The translations under genes were made by a program, and so were the position numbers. A stretch of DNA of 64,000 nucleotides, taken from NCBI GenBank assembly GCA_963555985.3, contig OY820591.1:1984001-2048000 (forward strand), written 5' to 3'. Positions within the stretch are counted from its first letter, which is position 1; every line of letters starts with the position of its first letter. The notes under the pieces are model-generated. The model was given only the letters and a program-made list of their open reading frames with translations. It was not told where the DNA came from and made no database searches. The DNA comes from Dehalococcoidia bacterium (GTDB lineage Bacteria; Chloroflexota; Dehalococcoidia; Bin125). Of the stretch, positions 19,375 to 29,291 are shown in pieces.

Positions 19375-19489
19375 TCACTTAAGGCGCACAGAGATGGGTG
19401 CGCCGCCACTTCCTACTCGGATAGCGGAGCAAGCTGCGCTGCGGCCGCTGTACGGCTGCGGTGTCGGGCATCGAGTCAATCGTAGCCGC

Positions 19490-20413
19490 CTACGAACGCG
19501 CCGACCCCCACTCCGACGCAAAGCCCTCGCATACGTCCACCGCCCGCGCAAACGACACCCCCGACTTCGAGCGCATGTACCCAATCAGCCGCTCCAGCAT
19601 CTGCAACCGCCCCGGCCGCCCGATGATGTACGGGTGCATCGTCAGCGTGAACACGCCCCCGCGACGCCGTACCTCTTCAAACGCCTCCCGCCAGGCCGAT
19701 TCCACCTGCTCCGGCGCCGCCATCAACCGCCGCCCATCGGTCGGCGCGAACACGAAGTAGGGATAGTCGTCCAACGCCCAGTGAATCGGCAGCTCCACCA
19801 GGGACTCGCCCTCTCCCGCAGCGACCCAATAGGGAGCGTCCGAACCCATCAGCGAGGAGTCGTAAAGAAACCCGCGTTCGCGCATCAAACGCAGCGAGTC
19901 GGCGCTCAATTCCCACGACGGCGAGCGGTAGCCGACCGGGGCTGCGCCGACGATGCCTTCCAGGATCGTAGAGCCGCGATCTAGCACCTCTGCTTCCTGC
20001 TCCACGCTGAGGGTGGCAGGCGGTTCGTGCTGGTAGCCGTGATGCCCAATCTCGTGACCTGCCTCGGCGATCCGCTGCACCACGCGCGGGACCCGTTCCG
20101 CGACCCAGCCGGGGATATAGAACGAAGCCGGCGCGTTCTGGCGCGCCAGCAAGCTGAGTACGTGCGGCACCGCGACCGCCGGGCCGTAGTCGCCGAATGA
20201 GCGTGCGGAGGGGAGGTGTTCAATCGCCGGATTACGGTTGATCATCCCGGACGCGCCGTCTACGTCGAAGGAGAGCACGACCGTGCATTCGCCTGCGCCG
20301 TCGCCGCGCGCATCGTCCTCGGGCGACCAGAGGGCGGCTCCGCAGGCGGCGCAAACGCGCCGCCTGCCGCTCCAGCCGCAGATCAAGCAAGCAGCGTCCG
20401 GGGCCTCGGCCAC
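19490..20413 (-). CDS. Polysaccharide deacetylase (CE4) with an N-terminal CxxC..CxxC
   Basis: SFDVD, HEIGHHGYQH, GYRSP, TMHP. Confidence 0.88.
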   Translation of the reverse strand: MAEAPDAACLICGWSGRRRVCAACGAALWSPEDDARGDGAGECTVVLSFDVDGASGMINRNPAIEHLPSARSFGDYGPAVAVPHVLSLLARQNAPASFYIPGWVAERVPRVVQRIAEAGHEIGHHGYQHEPPATLSVEQEAEVLDRGSTILEGIVGAAPVGYRSPSWELSADSLRLMRERGFLYDSSLMGSDAPYWVAAGEGESLVELPIHWALDDYPYFVFAPTDGRRLMAAPEQVESAWREAFEEVRRRGGVFTLTMHPYIIGRPGRLQMLERLIGYMRSKSGVSFARAVDVCEGFASEWGSARS

Positions 20414-21456
20414 TATGAGAAGTCCGTAATCGTGACGAAGCCCATGGTCTGGAACGTCGTCATCGAGTCCACGACTGCCGGCACCTGGTCGATCGAGATG
20501 CGCTGGGTCACGATCGACTCTGGGTTCAGCTTGCCCGAGGCAACCATGTTCAGCATCGCCGGGTAGTTCTGGTTGGGCAGACCGAGCGAGCCGCGGAACT
20601 CGATCTCGGACATCGTGATCAGGTCGATTGGCAGCGCGACTTCACCCGCTTCTTCAGCTGAGGTGATGCCGATCTGGACGTGGATGCCGCCCTTGCGCAG
20701 AGAGTTGACCGAGTTCAGCATGGTCGCCTTGATCCCGAGGGCGTCGACCGAAACGTTGGCGCCGCCGTCGGTGATCTCTTTGACCCGCATCGGGACGTCG
20801 GACTCCAGCGCGTTGATCGTCTCTAGCGCACCTTCGGAGCGGGCCTTAGCGAGCTTGCCCTCTTCAAGGTCGACTGCGATCACCTGGGCGCCGAGCGCTG
20901 CGGCTACCTGGATTGCGGAAAGGCCGATGCCTCCGCAGCCGTTGACGACGACCCAATCTCCGCCCGAGACCTCGCCGCGGTCAGCGACCCCGTGGTAGCT
21001 GGTCATGAAGCGGCAACCCATCGCCGCGCCGGCTTCGAAGGACACGTTGTCGGGCAGCGGAATGGCGTTGAAGTCCGCGTTCGCGATCGTCGCCTTCTGG
21101 GCGAAGCCGCCGGCGAAGGCGGCGTTGTTGTCGCAGATGTTGGGCAGTCCGCCGCGGCAGAGCTGACAGTTGCCGCAGCCGTTGTGGAAGGGGGTCAGCA
21201 CGCGCATCCCGGGGCGGATGTGCTCAACGTCGTCGCCGACCGCTTCGACCGTGCCGGCCCACTCGTGACCAAGCACCGCCGGCATCGGAATCTCGAATCC
21301 CACCCAGGACAGGTCGCCCTGCCAGAGGTGCCAGTCGGAGCGGCAGACGCCGCAGGCCTCGACCCGAACCAGTGCATCCTTCGGCCCGACCACCGGGTCG
21401 TCGAATTCACGCACGACCAGCGGTTCGCGGACACCTTCCATCACGACGGCTTTCAT
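20413..21456 (-). CDS. Zn-dependent alcohol dehydrogenase
   Basis: CGVCRSD, GHE, CGNCQLC..C, GCGGIG. Confidence 0.92.
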   Translation of the reverse strand: MKAVVMEGVREPLVVREFDDPVVGPKDALVRVEACGVCRSDWHLWQGDLSWVGFEIPMPAVLGHEWAGTVEAVGDDVEHIRPGMRVLTPFHNGCGNCQLCRGGLPNICDNNAAFAGGFAQKATIANADFNAIPLPDNVSFEAGAAMGCRFMTSYHGVADRGEVSGGDWVVVNGCGGIGLSAIQVAAALGAQVIAVDLEEGKLAKARSEGALETINALESDVPMRVKEITDGGANVSVDALGIKATMLNSVNSLRKGGIHVQIGITSAEEAGEVALPIDLITMSEIEFRGSLGLPNQNYPAMLNMVASGKLNPESIVTQRISIDQVPAVVDSMTTFQTMGFVTITDFS

Positions 21457-21540
21457 GGGGCGCTCCAATCTCCTTTGCCAGAGGTTATGTACGCGCAAGC
21501 TAGCAAAATTTCCACCCTAACTCAGGCCTCTTCTCCATTT

Positions 21541-21588
21541 CCCTCTCCCCCTTTGCGGGGGCGAGGGAAAGAAGTGATAGAAGGGGGC
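21541..21588. repeat. REP-like palindrome, family B
   Basis: CCCTCTCCCCCTTTGCGGGGGCGAGGG..GAAGTGATAGAAGGGGG. Confidence 0.55.
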
Positions 21589-21600
21589 GACGCGACGCGC

Positions 21601-22026
21601 TCACCCCACCAACCCGCCAACCCTCAACAAGACCGACACCTCATACGCTTGCAACCCCTCCCGATAGACGACCGCCGGCGCAGAAACAGCAAGCGGCAAA
21701 ACAACCGCGTCAGCACCCGAGCCGATTACCTCAAGCCGCGACCGCAAGAGCGCATCCATCCGCTCCTCCACCGCCCGCCGCGCCGCCAGCGCACGCTCCA
21801 ACGGCAACCGCCACACATACCGCCGCGCACGCTCCGCCTCCTGCCAGGTGTAGCGGTAGCGCCAGCGAAAGCTCCGAAGCTCGGCGTCGGCCTCAGCGAG
21901 TTCGGCCAACCCCAACTCAAAGCGTAGATACGCTCGGCTGCGCTCGAACCGGACATCCAACTCACGCTCGATCCGAAGCGCCTCTGCCGCCACGAATGCC
22001 ACCAGCGGGTCCTCGACTTGAGCCAT
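21601..22026 (-). CDS. Hypothetical protein
   Basis: 141-aa ORF downstream of the enoyl-CoA hydratase on the same strand. Confidence 0.5.
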   Translation of the reverse strand: MAQVEDPLVAFVAAEALRIERELDVRFERSRAYLRFELGLAELAEADAELRSFRWRYRYTWQEAERARRYVWRLPLERALAARRAVEERMDALLRSRLEVIGSGADAVVLPLAVSAPAVVYREGLQAYEVSVLLRVGGLVG

Positions 22027-22043
22027 CAGTCCGCGCCCAACCC

Positions 22044-22832
22044 CTAGCGGTGGAAGACCGGATCGCGCTTCTCGAAGAAGGCGGTCATGCCCTCCTTCGC
22101 CTCCGGACGCCTAGCGGCCTCGCAGATCTCACGGGTCTCCCACTCCATCTGCGTCTCCAGTCCCTCGTTCCACGAGTTGTGGTAGAGCCGCTTGGCTGCG
22201 CCGATCGACTCGGTCGGACCCGCCGCCAACTGCGCCGCCAGCGCGTGCGCCGCGGACTGCAACTCGTCGTCGGGCACCACACGATTGATCATGCCCCAGT
22301 CCAGCGCCTCTTGAGCCGAAAGCATCCGGTTGGTCAGGCAAAGCTCAAGCGAGCGCCGCAGACCGACTAGGCGCGGCAGGAAGTAGGTCGAGGAACCGTC
22401 CGGCGTCAAACCGATCCGCGAGTAGGCCATCGTGAAGCGCGATGATTCGCCAGCGAGGGCGAGGTCGCCGATCAACGCAAGACTCATCCCCGCCCCGGCG
22501 CAAGTTCCGTTGATCGCTGTGATCAACGGGGCGTCCATGCGCGTGAAGCGCGAGGCTGCCGCGTGCAGGTAGGTCGTCATCTCCTTCACGTAGGTCGCCA
22601 TCTCCGGACCGGCCGGCGGAAAGCCCCGCAAATCCGCGCCCGTGCAGAAGAACCGCCCCGTGCCTCGAAAGACCACCGCCCGAACCTCAGGATCGTCGTC
22701 CACCCGGATCGAAGCGTCCATCAACTCCTTGCACATCTCCAGCGAGAGCGAGTTCGCCGCCTCCGGCCGGTTGATCGTGATCGTCGCCACGTGCTCGGAG
22801 AGTTCGTATCCCAGCGTGTTGTACTCCGTCAT
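22044..22832 (-). CDS. Enoyl-CoA hydratase/isomerase (PaaG-like)
   Basis: FCTGADL, INGTCAGAG, IGLTPDG. Confidence 0.92.
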   Translation of the reverse strand: MTEYNTLGYELSEHVATITINRPEAANSLSLEMCKELMDASIRVDDDPEVRAVVFRGTGRFFCTGADLRGFPPAGPEMATYVKEMTTYLHAAASRFTRMDAPLITAINGTCAGAGMSLALIGDLALAGESSRFTMAYSRIGLTPDGSSTYFLPRLVGLRRSLELCLTNRMLSAQEALDWGMINRVVPDDELQSAAHALAAQLAAGPTESIGAAKRLYHNSWNEGLETQMEWETREICEAARRPEAKEGMTAFFEKRDPVFHR

Positions 22833-22908
22833 CGAGCCACTCCTTCGCTACTGTTGGCTCACGCGAGCCGCATCACACGCAGGCTACCGCCAATCACGGA
22901 GGCGTCCG

Positions 22909-23637
22909 ATGTCCACTCAGATGGTCAGTATTCCGACGAGCGACGGCGATCTGTCCGCAGCCCTCGCCCTGCCCGAAGTAGCCGACGGTCCCGCCCCGGG
23001 CGTGCTCGTGCTGCACGAGATTTTTGGCCTCAACGAAGACATTCGCCGGATCGCCCAACGCTTCGCGGGCAACGGGTATGTGGCGCTTGCCCCGGATCTC
23101 TACTCCGTCGGCCCGCGCCTGCGACCGATCTGCATCCGCCGCACGATGAGCGCTCTCGGCTCGGGCAGCGGACGCGCCTTCGAAGACATCGAGGCGGCGC
23201 GAGCTTGGCTCGCCGCGCGCAACGACGTAGACGAATCGCGCCTGGCCGTCGCCGGATTTTGCCTCGGCGGCGGCTTCGCCCTCCTCCACGCCGCCCGCGC
23301 CCCGCTCGGAGCCGCCGCCAACTTCTACGGTCGAGTGCCCCGCGACTCCGGCGAGCTGGATGGCATCTGCCCCGTGGTCGCCGGCTACGGCGAGCGCGAT
23401 CGCATGTACGCCGCTCAGCCCGACAGATTGCGCGGACATCTGGAGCAGCTCGGCGTCGAGCATGAAGTCACCGTCTACTCCGACGCCGGCCACTCGTTCA
23501 TGAACCAGTCCGGCGGCCTGCGCGGGTTCCTGCTCCGGCACTCGCGCATGTCGGTCGGCTATCACCACCAGTCGGCTGAAGCGGCCTGGACCGCAATGTT
23601 CGATTTCTTTGAACGTCACTTGGGCGCTGAATCCTGA
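22909..23637 (+). CDS. Dienelactone hydrolase-family protein
   Basis: HEIFGLN, GFCLGG, AGHSFMN. Confidence 0.9.
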   Translation: MSTQMVSIPTSDGDLSAALALPEVADGPAPGVLVLHEIFGLNEDIRRIAQRFAGNGYVALAPDLYSVGPRLRPICIRRTMSALGSGSGRAFEDIEAARAWLAARNDVDESRLAVAGFCLGGGFALLHAARAPLGAAANFYGRVPRDSGELDGICPVVAGYGERDRMYAAQPDRLRGHLEQLGVEHEVTVYSDAGHSFMNQSGGLRGFLLRHSRMSVGYHHQSAEAAWTAMFDFFERHLGAES

Positions 23638-23718
23638 GTCAGTACCCCCGACCGCTTTCGAGGCGCGTATCGTCAGCGCAGGAGTGGCCGCCTGGCCGCG
23701 TCTGCGAGAGGAAGCCTC

Positions 23719-24588
23719 ATGCTCCGCATTCACCCGTTCAGATTCGTTGGCCTTGCGCTCATCGCCGCCGCCGTTTCACTCTTGGCAGTGCTGGCGCTCC
23801 ACAGTCCGGCCGCGGCTGGGTCACCGAACCTGGTTGAGATCAGCGTCGGTGTCAACCCCTCCGATCCCGAACCCAGCCCTTCTGATCTCGAACCCACCAC
23901 TCTGACGATCGAGGGCGCGGCCTCCCGCAGCGTGAGCTATGACGGTACGATTGCGCGGTTCACGATCAGCGTCCTGCGTCCGACTGTGCTGGAGGCAGTA
24001 TCGGCGGGCAATCGGGCCGCCACAGCGATCGCTGACTCCGTGGTTGAGCATTGCACCACAGATGAGCCGGAAGACGCCGATCACACCACCGCCCCAACCT
24101 GCATCTCTCCCAACGGCTTGCAGACCACCGGAATCAGCATCCGCGAGGAGTTCGACTGGACCGAACAGGGCCGTGTGTCGCAGGGCTTCCGCTACGAGAA
24201 CGGACTCAGCATCGCTATTCGCGGCACCGGCTTCGCGGGCGGGCTGGTCGACCTCGTGATCACAGCCGGTGGCGACCTGGTGCGCTTCGACGGACTCGGT
24301 TTCACCACCTCACGCCGCGCCGAGATCGAGCGCCTCGCCTTACTCGACGCCATCGACGACGCCCAAGCGACCGCCGACTCAATCGCCGATCACATGGGCT
24401 ACGAGATCGTCCGCATCGTCGAACTCACCCCGATCAGCGCGCCAACTCCTTACCCGGCCGCCGAAGAAGCCAGAGCCCTCGCCGCCGATGACGCTGGCTT
24501 CGCCCCTACCCCCGTCTTCGGCGGCAGCGAGTCGATCACCTCACGAGTGCGCATGGTCTTCGAACTCCGCCCCGCGCCAGCGGACTGA
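23719..24588 (+). CDS. SIMPL/DUF541 exported protein
   Basis: Signal peptide; ALLDAIDDAQATA; C-terminal VRMVFEL. Confidence 0.75.
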   Translation: MLRIHPFRFVGLALIAAAVSLLAVLALHSPAAAGSPNLVEISVGVNPSDPEPSPSDLEPTTLTIEGAASRSVSYDGTIARFTISVLRPTVLEAVSAGNRAATAIADSVVEHCTTDEPEDADHTTAPTCISPNGLQTTGISIREEFDWTEQGRVSQGFRYENGLSIAIRGTGFAGGLVDLVITAGGDLVRFDGLGFTTSRRAEIERLALLDAIDDAQATADSIADHMGYEIVRIVELTPISAPTPYPAAEEARALAADDAGFAPTPVFGGSESITSRVRMVFELRPAPAD

Positions 24589-24597
24589 ACGGCGCAG

Positions 24598-25296
24598 CTA
24601 GCATCGGTCGTCGGCGCCGGCCTCCAGGTCGCGCGCCGACTCCAGTTCCCAGACGTACTCGAAACTGACAGTCAGCCCAGGACAGACAGGCTCCGCCGAC
24701 AACGCCTCCGGCCGCTCCACGACCTCAACCGTCCCATCGGCGCGATAGACATAGACGGCTTCCCACTCGGGCACGACCAGCCAGCCCAACTCCGTGCCTC
24801 CCGCAATCCAGGCTGCCATCTTGTGCTGTTGACTGGCCACGCTGTCGCTGCCCGAACGCACCTCGATCACAAAGTTCGGGCACGTCGGCAGGTAGGTCTG
24901 TGCTCGTTCTTCGTCCGACAGGGAGGCGAACCGCTGAGGGCTGGTCCAGGCGGCGTCCGGGGCGGCGGTGTGGCCGTCGCCGCGCTCGTATCCGCCGCTC
25001 GAGCCGGTGGTCACGCCGCCAACCCCGCCACGGACCCACGTCATCAACTGGTAACCCAACTCCAGGCTGATCTCGTCGGCGCCATATCCGGCAGGCGCCA
25101 TGATGATGAGCTCTCCGTTGGCGGTGCGCTCGAATTGCCATGGTTTGTTCAATCGGCTGATCTGCTCGAGCAGCCTGTCGGTCAACGGTGTGTCATCGGG
25201 AAAACGCAGCAGAACGGGAAGTTCCAGTGCCGAGCGGCGGACATCCTCCAACAGCGTCGACGGCTCAACGATGGGTCTGGCCGGTGTCGACACCAT
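24598..25296 (-). CDS. Uma2-family putative nuclease
   Basis: ERTANGELIIMAP, APDAAW, PNFVIEVRS. Confidence 0.88.
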   Translation of the reverse strand: MVSTPARPIVEPSTLLEDVRRSALELPVLLRFPDDTPLTDRLLEQISRLNKPWQFERTANGELIIMAPAGYGADEISLELGYQLMTWVRGGVGGVTTGSSGGYERGDGHTAAPDAAWTSPQRFASLSDEERAQTYLPTCPNFVIEVRSGSDSVASQQHKMAAWIAGGTELGWLVVPEWEAVYVYRADGTVEVVERPEALSAEPVCPGLTVSFEYVWELESARDLEAGADDRC

Positions 25297-25332
25297 GGCA
25301 ATGCCCCCTCGCGGCGATGCCTCAGCCCGCAG

Positions 25333-27348
25333 CTACTCCGCCGCAGCCGCCTGACGCACCTTCTGCGCCACGTGATCCGGCACCGGATCATAGCGCTCGA
25401 ACTCCCACGCAAACGTCCCCCGCCCGCCCGTTATCGAACGCAGATCCGTCGCGTAGTGCAGAAATTCCGCCATCGGACCTTCCGCAATCACTACCGACGA
25501 GCCCGGCAGATCATCGCCCGGCTCCATCCCCAAGACCCGCGCCCGGCGCGAGTTCAGATCGCTGATGATGTCGCCGGTCGACGACTCCGGCGCTGTGATC
25601 CGCAGACTGTGAATCGGCTCCAGCAAGATTGGCCGCGCCGACGAGACCCCCTCCTTCAGCGCCTGCGACGCCGCCAGCTTGAACGCCATCTCCGAGGAGT
25701 CCACGTCGTGATGCTTGCCGTCGTACAGCACCACCCGCAGATCCGTCAGCGGGAACGTCCCCGATGGCAGCGATTCCACCACGCCCTTTTCCACCGCCGG
25801 AATGTAGTTGCGCGGTACCGCCCCGCCCACGATCTCGTCCGCGAATTCGAACCCCGCCCCCCGAGCCTGCGGCTCTACCCGCAAGGCCACCCGCGCGTAC
25901 TGACCGTGACCTCCCGTCTGCTTCTTGTGCAGGTATTCCGCCTGCCCGACCGCCGTGATCGTCTCGCGGTAGGGCACGCGCCGATCGTGAATCTCCACCT
26001 CGACTTTGAATTTGCGCAGCAACCGATCCGCCGCCAGCTGCACATGCGACTCGCCGAGACCGCTCAGAATCGTCTCCCCCGAATCGCGGTCGCGCTCGAT
26101 CCGCAACGTCGGATCGCCCTCAACCAGCCGCGTCAGCGACGGCCCCAACTTGTCCACGTCTGCCTTCGTCTTCGGCTCAACCGCCGCTGCGAAAATCGGC
26201 GCCGGCATCTGCGGCGCGGGCGCTTGAGTACCAGTGCCTTTCACCCGCAGCGTGTCGAATGTCGTTGTATGCGAGAGCTTGGTCACCACGCCGATGTCGC
26301 CCGCCTCAAGCGACGCGGTCTGGGTCAACTCCTTGCCCCGCGCACGCGAGAGATTCGCCAACCGCTCATCTTCCCCCTTCTGCGCATTCTCCAGGTGCGA
26401 GTCCGACCCGATCGCCCCGCTCAACACGCGCAGATACGACAGCCGCCCCACAAACTCGTCTGCCGTCGTCTTGAACACGAACCCGACCGGATCGCCGCTC
26501 GGATCAGTCTCAATCCCGTCCGCAACCGGAGGCGATTCCAACGGATCGGGCAGGCTCTCCCGGATCACCCGCAACACTGCTCCCGCTCCGATGCTGGAGA
26601 CCGCCGACATCGGAATCACCGGAATCAGCGAACCGGCCAGCATCGCCGGCTTGATCGCCGCAACCAAATCCGCAGGATCGATCTCCTCGTCTTCCAGATA
26701 CATCATCATCAGGTCTTCGTCCGCCTCGACAATCTGCTCCACCAGACCCTCACGGGCGTCGGCCGCCGCCGCGGCCGCATCCGCCGGAGCCTCCGACGGC
26801 TTCGCGTCGCTCCCGATCCACGCCTCGCCCGAAAGCACGTCCACCACCCCGCTCAGGTTCGACTCCGCCCCGATCGGCAGATAGAGCGGCTGGCACTCGG
26901 AACCGAACGCCGACTGCACCGCCTCCAACGCCTCCTCCCAACTCGAATTGTCCCGATCCAACCGCGAAACCACGATCACACGCGGAATCCCCCGTCTGAC
27001 CGCCATCCGCCACGAGGTCTCCGTCCCCACCTGCACTCCCGCAGAGGCGTCCACCACCACAATCGCCGCGTCCACCACAGCCACCGACGCCACCACTTCG
27101 CCGATGAAGTCCGCGTAACCGGGGGTGTCCAGCACGTTGATCCGCAGATCCTCATGCTCCAGCGAGACGAGCGACGTGTTGATCGACATCCCCCGCTGCT
27201 GCTCCTCCGGGTCGAAGTCCGAGATCGTGTTGCCTTCCTCAATCCGGCCGATCCGCGTCGCCGCCCCGGTCGCAAACGCCAGCGCCTCTACCAGCGTCGT
27301 CTTCCCGGCCCCCTGGTGCCCCACAATGCCAACATTCCGTACCGCCAT
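25333..27348 (-). CDS. fusA: Elongation factor G paralogue (EF-G2)
   Basis: GHQGAGKTT, DTPG, HKKQTGGHGQY, HDVDSSEMAF; outside the str operon; G4 is SRLD rather than NKxD. Confidence 0.9.
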   Translation of the reverse strand: MAVRNVGIVGHQGAGKTTLVEALAFATGAATRIGRIEEGNTISDFDPEEQQRGMSINTSLVSLEHEDLRINVLDTPGYADFIGEVVASVAVVDAAIVVVDASAGVQVGTETSWRMAVRRGIPRVIVVSRLDRDNSSWEEALEAVQSAFGSECQPLYLPIGAESNLSGVVDVLSGEAWIGSDAKPSEAPADAAAAAADAREGLVEQIVEADEDLMMMYLEDEEIDPADLVAAIKPAMLAGSLIPVIPMSAVSSIGAGAVLRVIRESLPDPLESPPVADGIETDPSGDPVGFVFKTTADEFVGRLSYLRVLSGAIGSDSHLENAQKGEDERLANLSRARGKELTQTASLEAGDIGVVTKLSHTTTFDTLRVKGTGTQAPAPQMPAPIFAAAVEPKTKADVDKLGPSLTRLVEGDPTLRIERDRDSGETILSGLGESHVQLAADRLLRKFKVEVEIHDRRVPYRETITAVGQAEYLHKKQTGGHGQYARVALRVEPQARGAGFEFADEIVGGAVPRNYIPAVEKGVVESLPSGTFPLTDLRVVLYDGKHHDVDSSEMAFKLAASQALKEGVSSARPILLEPIHSLRITAPESSTGDIISDLNSRRARVLGMEPGDDLPGSSVVIAEGPMAEFLHYATDLRSITGGRGTFAWEFERYDPVPDHVAQKVRQAAAAE

Positions 27349-27431
27349 TGCTAAAATCCCTCCCCAAGCGCAAGCGCGCCACAGCTACCGCCGATCCTAC
27401 CCGATACCCAACATCCACAACTCCCCGACAG

Positions 27432-27550
27432 ATCTCCCCCTCAATGGGGAGATGCCGCGCAACGGCAGAGGGGGTGAAAACGCCAAACCCAGCACAACCC
27501 TCCCCCGTAAATCCGCCCTCCCTCCGCGAAGGCGGGGAGACAGAGGAGGC
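27432..27550. repeat. REP-like palindrome cluster, family B
   Basis: TCTCCCCCTCAATGGGGAGATGCCGCGCAACGGCAGAGGGGGTGAAAACGCC is an inverted copy of 47282-47341. Confidence 0.75.
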
Positions 27551-27567
27551 TCTACTCATCCCACCCC

Positions 27568-29286
27568 CTAGACCGCCAAATCCACCACCTCCAACTCCGT
27601 ACGTCCCCGCAGACCCCGCCGCAGCGACCACACCAAATCCACCTTCCGCCCCACCGACGCCGCCGCAGCGCCAAGCCGCCATCCAATCCCCGACCAACGC
27701 CGCTCACCGGCGCGCAGACTCAGACTCAAGTGCGCGTTCTCTGCGCCAACTGTCCGCACCTGCTCCACGCTCACCCCTGTACTCAGGAAGCGCGGCGTCG
27801 GATTGCCCTCGCCAAACGGCGCCAGCCGCTCGATCCAGCGCACAATCCCCGGCGTCACCGCCTCCAACGGAACCTGTGCGTCAATGCTCGTGATCGCCTC
27901 CAGCGCCGACGTCCCACCGGCTCCCGCCGCCAGTTGCGCCTCTGCCGACTCGTTCAGCCGCTGCATGATCGCGCCCAGCTTCCCAGGCTCAGCCGAAAAT
28001 CCCGCCGCCGACTGATGCCCGCCCCCGCGAATCAGCAGATCGCGCGCCGACTCCAGCATCTGCACCAGGTCGAAACCCACGCCCGTCCGGCCCGATACTC
28101 GCGCCTCCCCCTCCACAATCGACCACACGAACGCCGGCCGCGACCATTCATCCGCCAGCCGCCCTGCCACGATCCCCACGATCCCGTGATGAATCTCCTC
28201 ACCGCCCACGAACAGCGCCAGCGGCGCCTGCCCCGACGGATCCAACTGACGGCGAATCTCACGCGATGCAGCTTCCATCGCCTCTGTCGTCAACCGCCGC
28301 CGACGCTGATTCAGCCCCTCGAGCTCGTCGGCGAGCGCCCGCGCCCGCTCAGGATCGCGCTCCATCAACGTCTCCAACGCGAGCAGCGCATCATCCAGCC
28401 GCCCCGCCGCGTTGATCCTCGGCGCTAGCTGAAATCCGATCGTCTCCGTATCAACGCTGTCGCCGTTGCCCCGCCCGAACCGCAACAGCGCCCGCAAACC
28501 GGGCCGCTCCGTCGCCGCAATCGCCCGCAATCCCTGATGCACGATCCAGCGATTCTCGCCACGCAGCGGAACCACATCGGCCACGGTCGACATCGCCGCC
28601 AGATCCAGCCAGCGCTGCGGCGCGAGCTCCCGGCCCGAACGCTCCGCAAGCGCGTGCGCGAACCGGTAGGCCAAGCCCCCCGTCGAGAGATCGCCCAGCG
28701 GATGTCCCTTGGGCGCCAGCTTGGGCGTCACAATCGCCGTCGCCGCTGGCAACTCTTCAGCCGGTTCGTGATGATCCAGCACCACGACATCGAGGCCGTG
28801 CTGCTCGCGAGCCGTTTCGATCTCGCGCAGCGCCGTCACCCCGCAATCCGCCGTGATCAACACCCGCGCCCCGTCCGACGCCAGCGCTGCCACCGCCGCG
28901 TCCGACACTCCGTAGCCCTCACGCTCGCGGTGCGGTATGAACGGACGCGCCTCGATCCCGATCTCACGCAGGCCTTCGGTCACAATCGCCGTGCCCGTGA
29001 TTCCATCTACGTCGTAATCCCCGTAGACCGCCACCGGTTCTCCCCCCGCCGCTGCCCGATACACACGCTCAACTGCGATCTCCCAGTCGCCTAGCGGCGA
29101 GGGATCGGCCGGCGTCCACCACTCCGGGTTGAGAAACTCCATCGCCTCGGTCGGCGAATCAATCCCGCGCAGACGCAGCAATCGACCCACGAATGGCGGC
29201 GCGTCCAGCCCCACAATCGGCGGCGCGTCCGCCGCCTCCGCAATCCGCCAACTGCGGCCCAGCCAGCCGTCCGCACGCTCCCGCAC
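27568..29286 (-). CDS. recJ: ssDNA-specific exonuclease RecJ
   Basis: YGDYDVDG, TADCG, DHH, APRINAAGRL, GGHQSAAG; GTG 29286 just after the fabF stop. Confidence 0.92.
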   Translation of the reverse strand: MRERADGWLGRSWRIAEAADAPPIVGLDAPPFVGRLLRLRGIDSPTEAMEFLNPEWWTPADPSPLGDWEIAVERVYRAAAGGEPVAVYGDYDVDGITGTAIVTEGLREIGIEARPFIPHREREGYGVSDAAVAALASDGARVLITADCGVTALREIETAREQHGLDVVVLDHHEPAEELPAATAIVTPKLAPKGHPLGDLSTGGLAYRFAHALAERSGRELAPQRWLDLAAMSTVADVVPLRGENRWIVHQGLRAIAATERPGLRALLRFGRGNGDSVDTETIGFQLAPRINAAGRLDDALLALETLMERDPERARALADELEGLNQRRRRLTTEAMEAASREIRRQLDPSGQAPLALFVGGEEIHHGIVGIVAGRLADEWSRPAFVWSIVEGEARVSGRTGVGFDLVQMLESARDLLIRGGGHQSAAGFSAEPGKLGAIMQRLNESAEAQLAAGAGGTSALEAITSIDAQVPLEAVTPGIVRWIERLAPFGEGNPTPRFLSTGVSVEQVRTVGAENAHLSLSLRAGERRWSGIGWRLGAAAASVGRKVDLVWSLRRGLRGRTELEVVDLAV

Positions 29287-29291
29287 TCGCC

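Noticed and set aside
24823-27354. 843-aa + strand ORF (likewise 37622..40210, 40210..41859 and 47707..49650)
   Set aside because: Antisense shadows of well-supported genes, typical of high-GC DNA, with no recognisable motifs
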